Assembly: GCA_963727445.1 (NCBI GenBank)
Contig: CAVSGI010000010.1
Location: forward strand, 1,280,001-1,344,000
Length of the DNA: 64,000 nucleotides
DNA from: an uncultured delta proteobacterium
GTDB taxonomy: Bacteria; Myxococcota_A; Polyangia; Polyangiales; B10-G4
Direction: 5' to 3'
Shown here one piece after another: positions 41,635 to 51,205 of the stretch (within the stretch, counting starts at the first letter, position 1; each line of letters starts with the position of its first letter). Under the pieces are notes generated by a model. The model searched no databases, was not told the DNA's origin, and saw only the letters and a program-made list of their open reading frames with translations. The position numbers and the translations under genes were made by a program.

Positions 41635-43383
41635 ATGGATGGCAGGGTGATCCTCAAAACGGTCTCGGTTCTCGTCGCTGCGACCCTCGTCTTCGGCTGT
41701 ATGACCTCGGAGCCGGAGGCCCCGGCCCTCGAGAGCCTGAGCGGGATGCGCGATGCCGCCGACGCTGCGGAGCGAACCTGGGGGGTCCCCGCCGACCTCA
41801 CCCTCGCGGTCGCCTACGGGGAGACACGCTGGCGGGTCCCGGAAGAGGAGTCGTTCGAGGGTGAAGGCGAAGGGCACGCGCCGCGCGCCGTCGGCGTGGG
41901 CGGCCTGCGTCCCTGGCTCGTCGACGACCAGGTGGCGACCGCGGTGCGGATCACTGGCCTGTCGCGCGACGTGATCGCGACCGACGCGACCGCGGGCGTC
42001 CTCGCGACCGCCGCCGTCCTCCGCGACCTCGCCGTCCGCCGCTACGGCGACGACCTGCCGCCGGCCGAGGAGCCGGGCCAGTGGGTGGACGTCGTCGGCG
42101 ACTATTCCGGGCTCGAAGGCCCAGAGGCGCAATACGGCTACGCGCGCGACGTGATGTCGTGGCTCGAGAACGGGATCGCGACGATCGGCGCGGACGGGCA
42201 GCTCGTCACCGTCGCGCCGCGCACCGTCGCGCTGCCGGACAGCGTCGGCGGCCGCCAGGCCTACGCAGGCTCCGACTATTCGGGCGCGCGTTGGGTCGCG
42301 GCCAACTCGAGCAACTACACCTCCGGCCGCGGCGGCAACTCCATCCGTTACATCGTGATCCACACCATGCAGGGCTCCTATTCGGGCTCGATCAGCTGGT
42401 TCCAGAACGGCGCCGCCAACGTCTCGGCGCACTACTGCGTGCGGTCGTCGGACGGCCAGATCACCCAGATGGTTCACGACCGCGACACCGCCTGGCACGC
42501 CGGCAACTGGACCTACAACCAGCGGAGCATCGGCATCGAGCACGAGGGATACGTCTCCGATCCCGGCCGTTGGTACACGGAAGAGATGTACCGCGCGAGC
42601 GCGGCGCTGACGCGCCACATCGCCGACCGCTACGGCGTGCCCATCGACCGCAGCCACATCATCGGCCACGTCGAGGTGCCGGGCGCGACCCACACCGACC
42701 CGGGCAGCGGCTGGGATTGGCCGCACTACATGGCGCTGGTGCGCGGTGAGCCCGAGCGTCCCAACTTCGACGCCGAGTACGTCGACATGGACGTCCCGGC
42801 GGAGATGACCAGCGGCGAGCGCGCGGTCGCCTGGGTGGAGATGCGCAACACCGGCAGCCACACGTGGAGCCTGTCGAATACCTGGCTCGGGACCACGATG
42901 CCCCGGGACCACGCGAGCCCCTTCTTCGACGTGGAGAACTGGGAAAACGACCACCGCGCCACGGCGCCGGATCACAGCGACTACGGCACGGGGGCGACCG
43001 GGCGCTTCACCTTCATGATCACCGCGCCGGAGGTCACCGAGGACACCGTCATCACCGACACCTTCGGGCTGGTACAGGAGGGTGTGACCTGGTTCGGGCC
43101 GCGGGACGTGACGCTCTCGGTCACGGTGCATCCCGCCGCGCCGCCGCCGCCGCCCGCCACGGACCCGGACGCGGGGACGGATCTTCCTCCGCCGCCGCCC
43201 ACCGAAGACAGCAGCACCCCGCCGCCGACCCCCGACGCCACCCCCGTCGTCCCGACCGACCCTGCTGCCGGAAGCGGCGGCATCAGTGGTGGTTGCGCGG
43301 CCACCGGCTCACCCCTGCCCGCGAGCTGGGCATGGCTCGCCGCCATCCTCTCGCTCGGCGTCGTCCGGCGCCGTCGGCGCTGA
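41635..43383 (+). CDS. N-acetylmuramoyl-L-alanine amidase (Amidase_2) lipoprotein with Ig-like domain and MYXO-CTERM-like tail
   Basis: IVIHT, VSAHY, AWHAG, SIGIEHEG, IIGH...HTDPG; C-terminal 'SGGCAA...WLAAILSLGVVRRRRR'. Start 41635 or GTG 41647. Confidence 0.9.
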   Translation: MDGRVILKTVSVLVAATLVFGCMTSEPEAPALESLSGMRDAADAAERTWGVPADLTLAVAYGETRWRVPEEESFEGEGEGHAPRAVGVGGLRPWLVDDQVATAVRITGLSRDVIATDATAGVLATAAVLRDLAVRRYGDDLPPAEEPGQWVDVVGDYSGLEGPEAQYGYARDVMSWLENGIATIGADGQLVTVAPRTVALPDSVGGRQAYAGSDYSGARWVAANSSNYTSGRGGNSIRYIVIHTMQGSYSGSISWFQNGAANVSAHYCVRSSDGQITQMVHDRDTAWHAGNWTYNQRSIGIEHEGYVSDPGRWYTEEMYRASAALTRHIADRYGVPIDRSHIIGHVEVPGATHTDPGSGWDWPHYMALVRGEPERPNFDAEYVDMDVPAEMTSGERAVAWVEMRNTGSHTWSLSNTWLGTTMPRDHASPFFDVENWENDHRATAPDHSDYGTGATGRFTFMITAPEVTEDTVITDTFGLVQEGVTWFGPRDVTLSVTVHPAAPPPPPATDPDAGTDLPPPPPTEDSSTPPPTPDATPVVPTDPAAGSGGISGGCAATGSPLPASWAWLAAILSLGVVRRRRR

Positions 43384-43399
43384 GCGCGAGCGCAGCCGT

Positions 43400-43897
43400 T
43401 CAGGCCAGGTCGGCGCGAAGCTGCTCGACGAGCGAGCGCACGAAGCGGTGCACCGACGCCTCGGCGATGCGGTGTCCCGCCAGCGCGTCGACCACGTCGC
43501 CGAGCACGCCCATGGGCGGATCGTATTCGCCGACGAGCTCTACCTCCGTCTCGGTGTGTGAGAGAGGGTAGATCCGGAGGTCGGCGTGCATCGCCGGAAA
43601 GAGGTTCGCCGCGCTCGACGCTTTCCACTCGAGCTTCACGTGCGTCACGCGGGACAGATTGCTGCCCGTCGTGGGAGGGACCTCCTCGATGGAGTGGATG
43701 GTGATGTCGACGTTCTTCCGGATCTCGAGGCCGGCGATGTCGACGCTCAGCGCGCCGGCGATCGTCTCGCTTCGCTCCTGCGCGGCATGCGTCGCCCGTT
43801 CGAAGATGGACTTGGCATCCTTCTCGATGGCGTCCCTGACAGGCTCATACGGCTGGTTGACGTAGTCGTAGGCCCGGACCGTTCGCGAATCAGTCAT
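43400..43897 (-). CDS. Hypothetical protein, possibly START/SRPBCC-like fold
   Basis: ORF with 'LEW.A....LFP.M.A.L.I.P....T...L.G.Y.PP.G..G...D...GHRIAEA'. Confidence 0.65.
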   Translation of the reverse strand: MTDSRTVRAYDYVNQPYEPVRDAIEKDAKSIFERATHAAQERSETIAGALSVDIAGLEIRKNVDITIHSIEEVPPTTGSNLSRVTHVKLEWKASSAANLFPAMHADLRIYPLSHTETEVELVGEYDPPMGVLGDVVDALAGHRIAEASVHRFVRSLVEQLRADLA

Positions 43898-43995
43898 CGT
43901 CTCCCACGTACTCCCCCACGGCCCGGGCCGCAAGGGGGCTGGGGGGATCAGCTCCGGGCGTCGTCGAAGCGGGTCCGAGCGTCGTCGCAGAGCGC

Positions 43996-44958
43996 TCAAT
44001 CGCTGTCGCAGATGTCGCTGGGGCAGCCCGAGTCGACAATGCAGGCCGAGAAGGCGTCCTCCACCGTGACGTCATCGAAGCCGCGGTCGAACATGCAGTC
44101 GGGGAGGTACTCCTGGCAGATGTAGGAGCACTGGTCCGAGATGTCGAGGCCGAGGACCTCGAGGGGCGTGCGGTCGGGATCCGAGAAGACCTCGGGCGGG
44201 CAGGACTCCTCGTTGACGCAGACGGCCCCGTCGGGCTCGTCGCCGCAGGCCTCCATGTACGTCACGTCCTCGGTCTCACCCAGGCACTCCTCGGTCTCGC
44301 TGACGCATCGGTCGAGGGTCCAGTGCTCCACCGGGGGCGGGTCGGTCGGCCCGGGGTCGGGTGGCAGGTCGGCGCGGGTCTCTTCGAAGCTGGCGCGCGC
44401 GTCGTCACAGAGCGCCGCGTCCTGGGTGCAGAGGTCGCTGGTGCAGCCCGACTCCTCGATGCAGGAGGCGACGGCCGCGTCGACGTCGTAGTCCCGGTCG
44501 TACGCCCAATCCGACATACAGCGCGGGAAGAAATCCGCGCAGACGTAGTGACACTGGTCCGTGATGTCGAGGCCGAGGATCTCGTGCGGAGTGCGGTCGG
44601 GATCGTGGAAGACCCAATCCGGACAGGCCGTCGTGCTCACGCACATCGCGCCGTCGGGCTCGTCGCCGCACGCCTCGGCGTAGGCCACGTCCTCGATCTC
44701 ACCCATGCACTCCTCGGTCTCGGAGATGCAATCGGCGAGGAGCGCGCGCTCGCAGCACACCCGCTCCGCGAAGCGCCCGTTGGGCAGGCGGCAGCGCCCT
44801 CCGCTGTCGAAGGTGGCTCCCTCACACGCCGCTCCATCGGCTTTTCCGTCAACCGTGCTAGCCAGCTCGGCGCCCATCGGCGCGGTGCATCCCGCGGCCA
44901 GTACGCACGAAATCGTGCCAATTGCCCATGCGATCTTGTCGAGAGAGAGGTTGCCCAT
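43996..44958 (-). CDS. Cys-rich lipoprotein with two ~140-aa internal repeats
   Basis: Lipobox AAGC; GKADG motif; duplicated 'C.SETEEC.GE.EDV.Y.EACGDEPDGA.CV....CP..VF.DPDRTP.E.LGLDI.DQC'. Confidence 0.75.
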   Translation of the reverse strand: MGNLSLDKIAWAIGTISCVLAAGCTAPMGAELASTVDGKADGAACEGATFDSGGRCRLPNGRFAERVCCERALLADCISETEECMGEIEDVAYAEACGDEPDGAMCVSTTACPDWVFHDPDRTPHEILGLDITDQCHYVCADFFPRCMSDWAYDRDYDVDAAVASCIEESGCTSDLCTQDAALCDDARASFEETRADLPPDPGPTDPPPVEHWTLDRCVSETEECLGETEDVTYMEACGDEPDGAVCVNEESCPPEVFSDPDRTPLEVLGLDISDQCSYICQEYLPDCMFDRGFDDVTVEDAFSACIVDSGCPSDICDSD

Positions 44959-44990
44959 CCGCCGGCTCCTGAGAGGTTCGCCAGCGGGTC

Positions 44991-45006
44991 AGCAAGTCAC
45001 GTGCCG
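44991..45006 (-). promoter_or_regulatory. Putative sigma-54 promoter for the Cys-rich lipoprotein; overlaps the ArsA stop codon
   Basis: Minus strand CGGCACGTGACTTGCT, about 33 nt upstream of ATG 44958. Confidence 0.55.
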
Positions 45007-46151
45007 TCGAAGAGGCGGGCCAGGCGCAGGAGCTGGGCGACCGAGGTCACCTCCTCTTCGAGCTCTGGCAGGATCACCCGCATCGGCGAGGCGAGGAGCC
45101 CGCGCGCCAGCTCCTCCGAGGCGTGCTTCGCGAGCCCATGACGCGCGTGGAGGCGACGCCGGAGCGCTTCGAGCGCCTCGAGGAGCGCGCGCACCTCCTC
45201 CGGCGCGTCCTCGTGGTAGAGCCGCGCGCAGCGCGCCTCGGCCGACTCGTGCACCGGATCGACCGGGCGCACCTCGCCGAGCGCGGTCTCCGGCTCGGGC
45301 ACGAAGCTTCGGTTCAGCACCACCGCGTCGGGCGCCACGCCACGCTCGACCAGCCCGTCACGCATGAAGCGCGCATCGTCGAGGTGCATCGGATCGGGCG
45401 ACGCGACCAACACGAAGGAGGTGTCCCCATGCCTCATCAGCTCCGTCACCGCGGTCGCGCGATGGGTGAAGCCCTCGCGCATGGAGGCGAAGAGCCGGAA
45501 GAAGATCACCATCTCCTCGACCAGCTCGCGGCTGGCGACAGCGCCGAGGATCCGCAAGGCCGCCGAGGACGCGCCGCCCAGCGACGCGGCCTCGTCGAGC
45601 GTCGACTCCTCCGGGACGCGGCCCACGAACCAGCGCACCACCCCATCGTCGAGGAAACGCACCAGACGCGAGGGCGCGTCCAGGATGTCCAGCGCGCTCC
45701 GCAGCGGCGGCGTGTCCAGCACGACCAGATCGAAATCGCCGCTCTCCATCACCGTGTGGAGCCGCTCCATGGCGACGTAGGCGTGCGAGCGCGCGAGCGT
45801 GCGCGAAAAGGCGCGGTACACGGGATTGTCGAGGATGCGGTCCCGCGCCTCCTCGCTCGGCGCGATGCGCGAGATGAGCGCGTCGTAGCTGGCGCGCGTG
45901 TCCAGCATGGCCGCAGAGAGGCGACCGCCCCGATCGCCGGGGACGCGCACCGGCCGGAGCTCGTCGTCGAGGCCATCGAGGCCGAGCGCCGTGGCGAGAC
46001 GCCGCGCTGGATCGATCGTCAGCACCGCCGCGCGCCGGCCGCGCCGCGCCGCATCTGCAGCCACCGACGCCGCGAGGGTGGTCTTGCCGACGCCGCCCGG
46101 GCCGACGAAGACCAGGAGCCTTCGCTTCATCAACGTGTCGAGGTGGCTCAT
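44997..46151 (-). CDS. ArsA/Get3 family ATPase (second of a pair)
   Basis: GPGGVGKTT, LTIDPARRLA, LVVLDTPP; ATGA overlap with the upstream ArsA-like gene. Confidence 0.9.
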   Translation of the reverse strand: MSHLDTLMKRRLLVFVGPGGVGKTTLAASVAADAARRGRRAAVLTIDPARRLATALGLDGLDDELRPVRVPGDRGGRLSAAMLDTRASYDALISRIAPSEEARDRILDNPVYRAFSRTLARSHAYVAMERLHTVMESGDFDLVVLDTPPLRSALDILDAPSRLVRFLDDGVVRWFVGRVPEESTLDEAASLGGASSAALRILGAVASRELVEEMVIFFRLFASMREGFTHRATAVTELMRHGDTSFVLVASPDPMHLDDARFMRDGLVERGVAPDAVVLNRSFVPEPETALGEVRPVDPVHESAEARCARLYHEDAPEEVRALLEALEALRRRLHARHGLAKHASEELARGLLASPMRVILPELEEEVTSVAQLLRLARLFDGT

Positions 46152-47080
46152 GGCGAGGCCCCCGGCACCTGAGAGGGGCGCGCGCCCGCGGCCCGTGCGC
46201 CCAGCACCAGCAGCGACTCCACGTCGACGGGAGGCGCGAGGGTGGGCAGGGTCACGACGGGCGCGGGGAGCGCCCTCAGCCGATCCACCAGCGCCATCGC
46301 CCGGACGCGCTCGGCCTCGGCGCGGGCGAGGAGCGAGAGGTCCGCGTCGATGCCGGGATCGTGCAGCGCGGCGAGCATCTCGCGCGCCGGCGCGAGGCGC
46401 GGAGCCAGGGGGTCCGCGGGGATGCGATTGACGAAGATGCTCCCGAGGGCGATGGGATGCTCGCGCGAGAGGATGCGGCAGAGCGTCTCGGTCTCCTCCA
46501 CCGGGAGCTCCTTGGGGAGCGTGACCAGATGAATGGCGGTCTGCTCCGGATCCTCGAGGGTGGCCGAGAAGGTCTCGAGGAGCCTGCGCAGCGGACCCTT
46601 GCCCAAGAGGCCGTCGAGCACGCGCGGCAGCTCGAGGAACATCAAGGCGTGGCCGGTCGCGTCGAGGTCGACGAGGATCGGATCCCACACGGGCTCCCCG
46701 CCCTTCGACTCGTCGAGGAGCGTGGAGAGATAGTGATAAGTGGCGACCTCCGCGACCGCCGGCGCCGCCCGCAGAAACCCGGAGAGCGCACGTCCCCCGA
46801 CCACGGCACGCGCCAGCGCCTTCACCTTCAGGTGCGTCGCGGCGTACCCCAGGATCGCCTCGTCGACGTCGACGCTGAGCGCATGCACACCGTGTCCGAC
46901 GTCCGTGGGCGCGTGGCCGACCTCCGTGCCGCGCAGCACCGACTGAATGGAAGAGCGGTGACCGAGCTCGACCACCAGCGGGCGCCGCCCACTTCGCGCC
47001 GCATGCACCGCCAGCGCAGCCGCGAGGGTGGTCTTCCCCACGCCGCCTTTGCCCGTCAGCAGCTCCAGACGCGGACGCAT
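46148..47080 (-). CDS. ArsA/Get3 family ATPase (first of a pair)
   Basis: TGKGGVGKTT, 'VDLDATGHAL', 'VTLPKELPVEET'. Confidence 0.9.
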   Translation of the reverse strand: MRPRLELLTGKGGVGKTTLAAALAVHAARSGRRPLVVELGHRSSIQSVLRGTEVGHAPTDVGHGVHALSVDVDEAILGYAATHLKVKALARAVVGGRALSGFLRAAPAVAEVATYHYLSTLLDESKGGEPVWDPILVDLDATGHALMFLELPRVLDGLLGKGPLRRLLETFSATLEDPEQTAIHLVTLPKELPVEETETLCRILSREHPIALGSIFVNRIPADPLAPRLAPAREMLAALHDPGIDADLSLLARAEAERVRAMALVDRLRALPAPVVTLPTLAPPVDVESLLVLGARAAGARPSQVPGASP

Positions 47081-47123
47081 CGGGGGGGAGCCTAGCAGGC
47101 TGCCGGAAAAGCACCGCGAGGGA

Positions 47124-48317
47124 TCATTCGAAGGTGACGAAGGCGTCGGTCATCGACAGCTGCTGGGCGTTCATCCAGTACGCGCCGCGTGCCACCGTCG
47201 AGATGCGCACCTCGTCCACGTCCCCCTCGAAGTACGGAGTCTCCGCGTCGGGCCGCCATGCGTGACGCGCGATGCGCGCCGGATTGGAGTTGGTCTCCGG
47301 AGCCCCCGAGACGGCGTCGTTCCGGGAGCTCATGCGTCCGTCGACCCAGGCACGGAGCGCGCTCCCCTGGTAGCTCGCACCGAGGTGAATCCAGACGCTG
47401 GCCTCGAGGGTTCCGAACGAGGTGCTCTGCCAGTCTGGCGCTTTCGAGCTCGCCGCACCGCGAAACGCGTCCACCGTGTGATCCCAGGTGAGCTGGTAGT
47501 TCTGCTCCCGCATCAGGGGCCCGCTGATGCGCGTCGACTGTGGGACGTCCGCCGCACGCGCCCACGCGGTGACGGTGAAGGAGTCGAGCTGATGCGTGCA
47601 GTTGGTGTCGAGATAGTCGTCGACGCCGTCGAAGTGGCGCGCCCCCGCGATGGGACCGTCGAGCGGGACGCTGTCGCCGAACGCCGAGAGCGGGCCGTGA
47701 CCACCGGTCGAGTCTGGGAAGCTGGATCCCTCGAGGTGATAGACCGCGTGATAGGCGTTCGCCCAGACAGCCGCCGGACGCTGGGCGTCGCCGGCCGCTG
47801 GATTGCCGTAGTAGAGCCAGATGTGGTCGTCTGTGGACTCGGCGTCGATCTGCGTCACGTACACCCAGACGAAGCTTCGCCCGCCACGAACGAAGCGCTC
47901 GATCTCGTATGGGAGCTCGGTGGCGTGGTCATCGTCGACGAAGCGAAGGTCCTCGCCGGATGCCTGCATGGCGTCGTAATCCACTCTGGTGTCGGTCATC
48001 GCCACCAGAACGGGAAAGCCCCGGAGCGGTGACGACTGAGCGGAGTTGTCGAAGACGAGTCGCTGACGACGGGTGAACGCCGGATCCCACCAGTCGTCCG
48101 GCAGGTCCGCGTCACCCGACGCATCGCTGGCGGCCTCCGTGTCGGCAGGCGCGTCTGGCATGGCGGCGGCGTCCCCATCGACACGTGCATCGGTCATTGC
48201 CGCTTCGCTGGCGCCATCCAGCGCGGCATCGCCGCTCGCGAACGGCAGGGCGGCTGTCTCGACCGAACAACCGGCGAGCGGCGCGAGCGCCAGTGCGACC
48301 CAGACCACGAACCCCAC
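47124..48317 (-). CDS. DUF2341 + LamG-like domain lipoprotein
   Basis: Lipobox LAGC; 'WWDP.F..R', 'GEDLRFVD...LPYEIE', 'LYYGN', 'FDGVDDY', 'F.G.VDEVRIS'. Confidence 0.82.
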   Translation of the reverse strand: MGFVVWVALALAPLAGCSVETAALPFASGDAALDGASEAAMTDARVDGDAAAMPDAPADTEAASDASGDADLPDDWWDPAFTRRQRLVFDNSAQSSPLRGFPVLVAMTDTRVDYDAMQASGEDLRFVDDDHATELPYEIERFVRGGRSFVWVYVTQIDAESTDDHIWLYYGNPAAGDAQRPAAVWANAYHAVYHLEGSSFPDSTGGHGPLSAFGDSVPLDGPIAGARHFDGVDDYLDTNCTHQLDSFTVTAWARAADVPQSTRISGPLMREQNYQLTWDHTVDAFRGAASSKAPDWQSTSFGTLEASVWIHLGASYQGSALRAWVDGRMSSRNDAVSGAPETNSNPARIARHAWRPDAETPYFEGDVDEVRISTVARGAYWMNAQQLSMTDAFVTFE

Positions 48318-48394
48318 GCTCGATCCTACCCCGAATCGACGGCACGCGCCGAAGGGACGCGCCCCATCGCGCCTTCATGGGGTAGCTTCCGGCG

Positions 48395-49303
48395 GTGCTC
48401 CGCGCCTGGCTCCAGGCCTCGCGACCGCTCGCGCAGGCCAACATCGCCGTCCCCCTGATCTTCGGTCAGGCGCTCGCGTACGCGATGACCGGGCACTTCA
48501 CCTGGACGATGGCGGCGGTGATCCACGTCATCGGAGTCCTCGATCAACTCTTCGTCGTCTACGCGAACGACGTCGCCGACGCGAAAGCCGACGCGAAGAA
48601 CGACAGCCCGACGCCCTTCTCGGGCGGCTCGCGGGTCGTGGCCGAAGGGAAGCTCTCGCGCGACGCCCTCGGCTTCGCCGCTCTCGGCACGGGTCTCGCG
48701 ATGCTGATCCTCTCGGTGGTGGCGGCGCTCTACTGGGACCGGCGCCACGCCCCCACCTTCGTGGCCCTGGGCTTCTTTCTGATGTGGGCCTACAGCTTCC
48801 GCCCGCTGAGGCTCAGCTACCGCGGCGAAGGCGAGGTGCTGCAGGGTCTCGGCATCGGCATCGTCCTGCCGGTCTTCGCGTACTACATGCAGGCAGGCGA
48901 TCTGTTGGACCTCCCCACCACCGCCCTCGGCGCGACCTTCCTCGTCGGCTACGGCGGCAACGTGACCACCGCCCTTCCCGACTTCCCCGCAGACGAGCGC
49001 GCCCACAAGCGCACCCTGGTCGTGCGCCTGGGCGAGCTGCCCGCGCGCTGGGTGAGCCTCGCGCTCCTCGCCACCGCGTGCTTCTTCCCCTTCGACACCG
49101 GGCCGCCGCTCCCGACGCTCGTCGCCATCCTGGTCGCGGCCCCGCCGCTCGCGCTCCTTCTCTCGAACATCCCGATCATCGGCCGGGCCGGCGCCAAAAA
49201 CCGCCCCGAGGTGATCCGCTTCGTCCTCGCGAACGGCGCCGCGATCAATCTCCTCCTCGCCGGATGGAGCGTCGCGGTGATCGAAGGAGCGCCGGGCCGA
49301 TGA
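48395..49303 (+). CDS. UbiA/MenA family prenyltransferase
   Basis: 'WLQASRP', 'ANDVAD...D', 'FSGGSR', 'YS..PLRLSYRGEGE', 'PD...D....KRTL'. Confidence 0.88.
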   Translation: MLRAWLQASRPLAQANIAVPLIFGQALAYAMTGHFTWTMAAVIHVIGVLDQLFVVYANDVADAKADAKNDSPTPFSGGSRVVAEGKLSRDALGFAALGTGLAMLILSVVAALYWDRRHAPTFVALGFFLMWAYSFRPLRLSYRGEGEVLQGLGIGIVLPVFAYYMQAGDLLDLPTTALGATFLVGYGGNVTTALPDFPADERAHKRTLVVRLGELPARWVSLALLATACFFPFDTGPPLPTLVAILVAAPPLALLLSNIPIIGRAGAKNRPEVIRFVLANGAAINLLLAGWSVAVIEGAPGR

Positions 49304-49869
49304 GGCGAGCGCTCCTGCTGGTCGCGTCCCTCGCGATCGCGCTCGCCTCGCTTCCGCGCGCCCACGCCCTCGCGCAGAGCGGGAGCATTCACGAGGAGGT
49401 GCCGCCACCCTTCGGAGAGCTCCCGGTCGGCGGAGGCGCCGTCGTGTCCCGGGGTTGGTCGGTGGAGGCGTTCTGGATCGGCGTCGCCGCCGCGCTCGGC
49501 ACGCTGACCACCGGCATCCTCGCGGTCGCGACCGGCGATCCCGACGAGCGGCTCTCGAGCGGCTTCGGCATCGGCGCCATGGGCATCCTCGGCGCCCTCG
49601 GCCCGACGGTCGCCATCGGCGGCGCTTCGGCCCGCGGGCACCCCTACGTGCCCGGCGCACCCGGCGTTCGCATCGCGGGGTGGATCACCTTCTCTCTGTC
49701 CATCGCCGCAGGCGTCGGCCTGCTCGCCTCGGACATCGACGCCGACAGCGGACGGCGGGGGGCCTTCATGGCGCCGGTGGGCTTCGGCGCCGTGAGCCTC
49801 TTGCTCTTCGCCTTCGACGCGCTGGTGAGCGCGATCCAGGCCGACCTCGTGACCGGAGACTCACGGTAG
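49300..49869 (+). CDS. Hypothetical membrane protein with signal peptide
   Basis: ATGA overlap with the upstream gene; several hydrophobic helices. Confidence 0.65.
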   Translation: MRRALLLVASLAIALASLPRAHALAQSGSIHEEVPPPFGELPVGGGAVVSRGWSVEAFWIGVAAALGTLTTGILAVATGDPDERLSSGFGIGAMGILGALGPTVAIGGASARGHPYVPGAPGVRIAGWITFSLSIAAGVGLLASDIDADSGRRGAFMAPVGFGAVSLLLFAFDALVSAIQADLVTGDSR

Positions 49870-49880
49870 ACTCGGCCGCC

Positions 49881-51182
49881 ATGGAGATCATCGTCACCCA
49901 CGACGTGTCGGACTTCGACGCCTTCTCGTCGGCGGTGGCGGCCCAGAAGCTCCATCCGGAAGCGGAGATCGTCCTCGGACGCCGCCTCAGCCGCGGCGTC
50001 CGTGACTTCCTCGCGCTCCACAAGGATCGCTTCCGCTTCCGGCGGGACTCGGACGTCGACCTGAGCCAGGTCCACCACCTCATCGTCGTCGACGTGCGTC
50101 GCAAGAGTCGCCTCGACGCCTTCGCGCCGCTCCTCGCGCGCATCGAGGAGGGCGATGAGACCCTGCGCGTCACGGTCTGGGACCACCACGGGGCGAGCCC
50201 CGACGATCTGCCCGGCGATCGGGTCGTGGTCGACAAGGTCGGCTCGGCGACGACCCTCCTGATCGAGGAGATGCGCGCGCGGAGCATCGCGATCGAACCG
50301 GTCGAAGCCACGCTCTTCGCTCTCGGCATCCACACCGACACCGGGTCTCTGGTGCACGCCACCAGCACCGCCCGCGACGCACACGCCCTCGCGTGGCTGA
50401 TGGATCAGGGAGCCAGCCTCAGCGTGATGAACCGCTACCTCACCGAGCCCATGACGCGCGCGCAGCGCGACGTGCTCGCGTCGCTGCTCGCCACCGCCAC
50501 GACGGTGGAGATCGGGGGTCTGTCGGTGGCCTTCGCCACGGCCGAGACCGCCAAGGTGATCGATGGGGTCGACGTGGTGACGAGCGAGGCCCTCTCGCTC
50601 CTCGGTCCGCACGCCTTCTTCGGGCTCTTCGTCGCCAAGCGGAAGGTGCAGGTGGTGGCGCGCGCGCGGTCGGAGTGGGTGAACGTGGCGGCGGCGCTGC
50701 GCGGGTTGGGCGGCGGCGGACACGCGCCCGCGGCCGCGGCCAACGTGAAAGGGATGAGCGCCGCGGAGGTGCGCGCTGCGATCGAAAAGGCGCTCCGAGA
50801 GGATCCGCCTCGCCCGCGCCTCGTCTCCGACATCATGTCCAGCCCGGTGAGGACCGTACGACCCGACCTGCGCCTCGCAGAGCTCGCCGAGTCGCTGAGG
50901 GTCTGGCGTCACACCGGCGTTCCGGTGATGCGCGACGGGCGCCTCGCCGGGATCATCAGCCGCCGGGACGTCGAGAAGGCGGCGCAGGACGGTCGACTGC
51001 ATCTACCCGTCGCCAGCTGCATGTCGAGCGACGTTCGGAGCACAGCGCCCGAAGTACCCCTCGACGAAGCCCTCGAGCTCATGGAGAAACACGACGTGGG
51101 GCGCCTCCCGGTGATGCGCGACGCTCAGCTCGTCGGCATCATCACCCGCACCGACGTCCTACGCTTTCTCTACAGTCGCTAA
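49881..51182 (+). CDS. DHH/DHHA1 phosphoesterase-like protein with CBS pair
   Basis: 'THDVSDFDA', 'VVD', 'WDHH', 'GIHTDTGS', 'GGGGHAPAA'; two CBS domains. Confidence 0.88.
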   Translation: MEIIVTHDVSDFDAFSSAVAAQKLHPEAEIVLGRRLSRGVRDFLALHKDRFRFRRDSDVDLSQVHHLIVVDVRRKSRLDAFAPLLARIEEGDETLRVTVWDHHGASPDDLPGDRVVVDKVGSATTLLIEEMRARSIAIEPVEATLFALGIHTDTGSLVHATSTARDAHALAWLMDQGASLSVMNRYLTEPMTRAQRDVLASLLATATTVEIGGLSVAFATAETAKVIDGVDVVTSEALSLLGPHAFFGLFVAKRKVQVVARARSEWVNVAAALRGLGGGGHAPAAAANVKGMSAAEVRAAIEKALREDPPRPRLVSDIMSSPVRTVRPDLRLAELAESLRVWRHTGVPVMRDGRLAGIISRRDVEKAAQDGRLHLPVASCMSSDVRSTAPEVPLDEALELMEKHDVGRLPVMRDAQLVGIITRTDVLRFLYSR

Positions 51183-51205
51183 TTTAGTGCCTGGTCTAGC
51201 ACCCA

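Noticed and set aside
43996..43998. Selenocysteine at the in-frame TGA
   Set aside because: The codon aligns with Ala in the sister repeat, and I saw no convincing SECIS.
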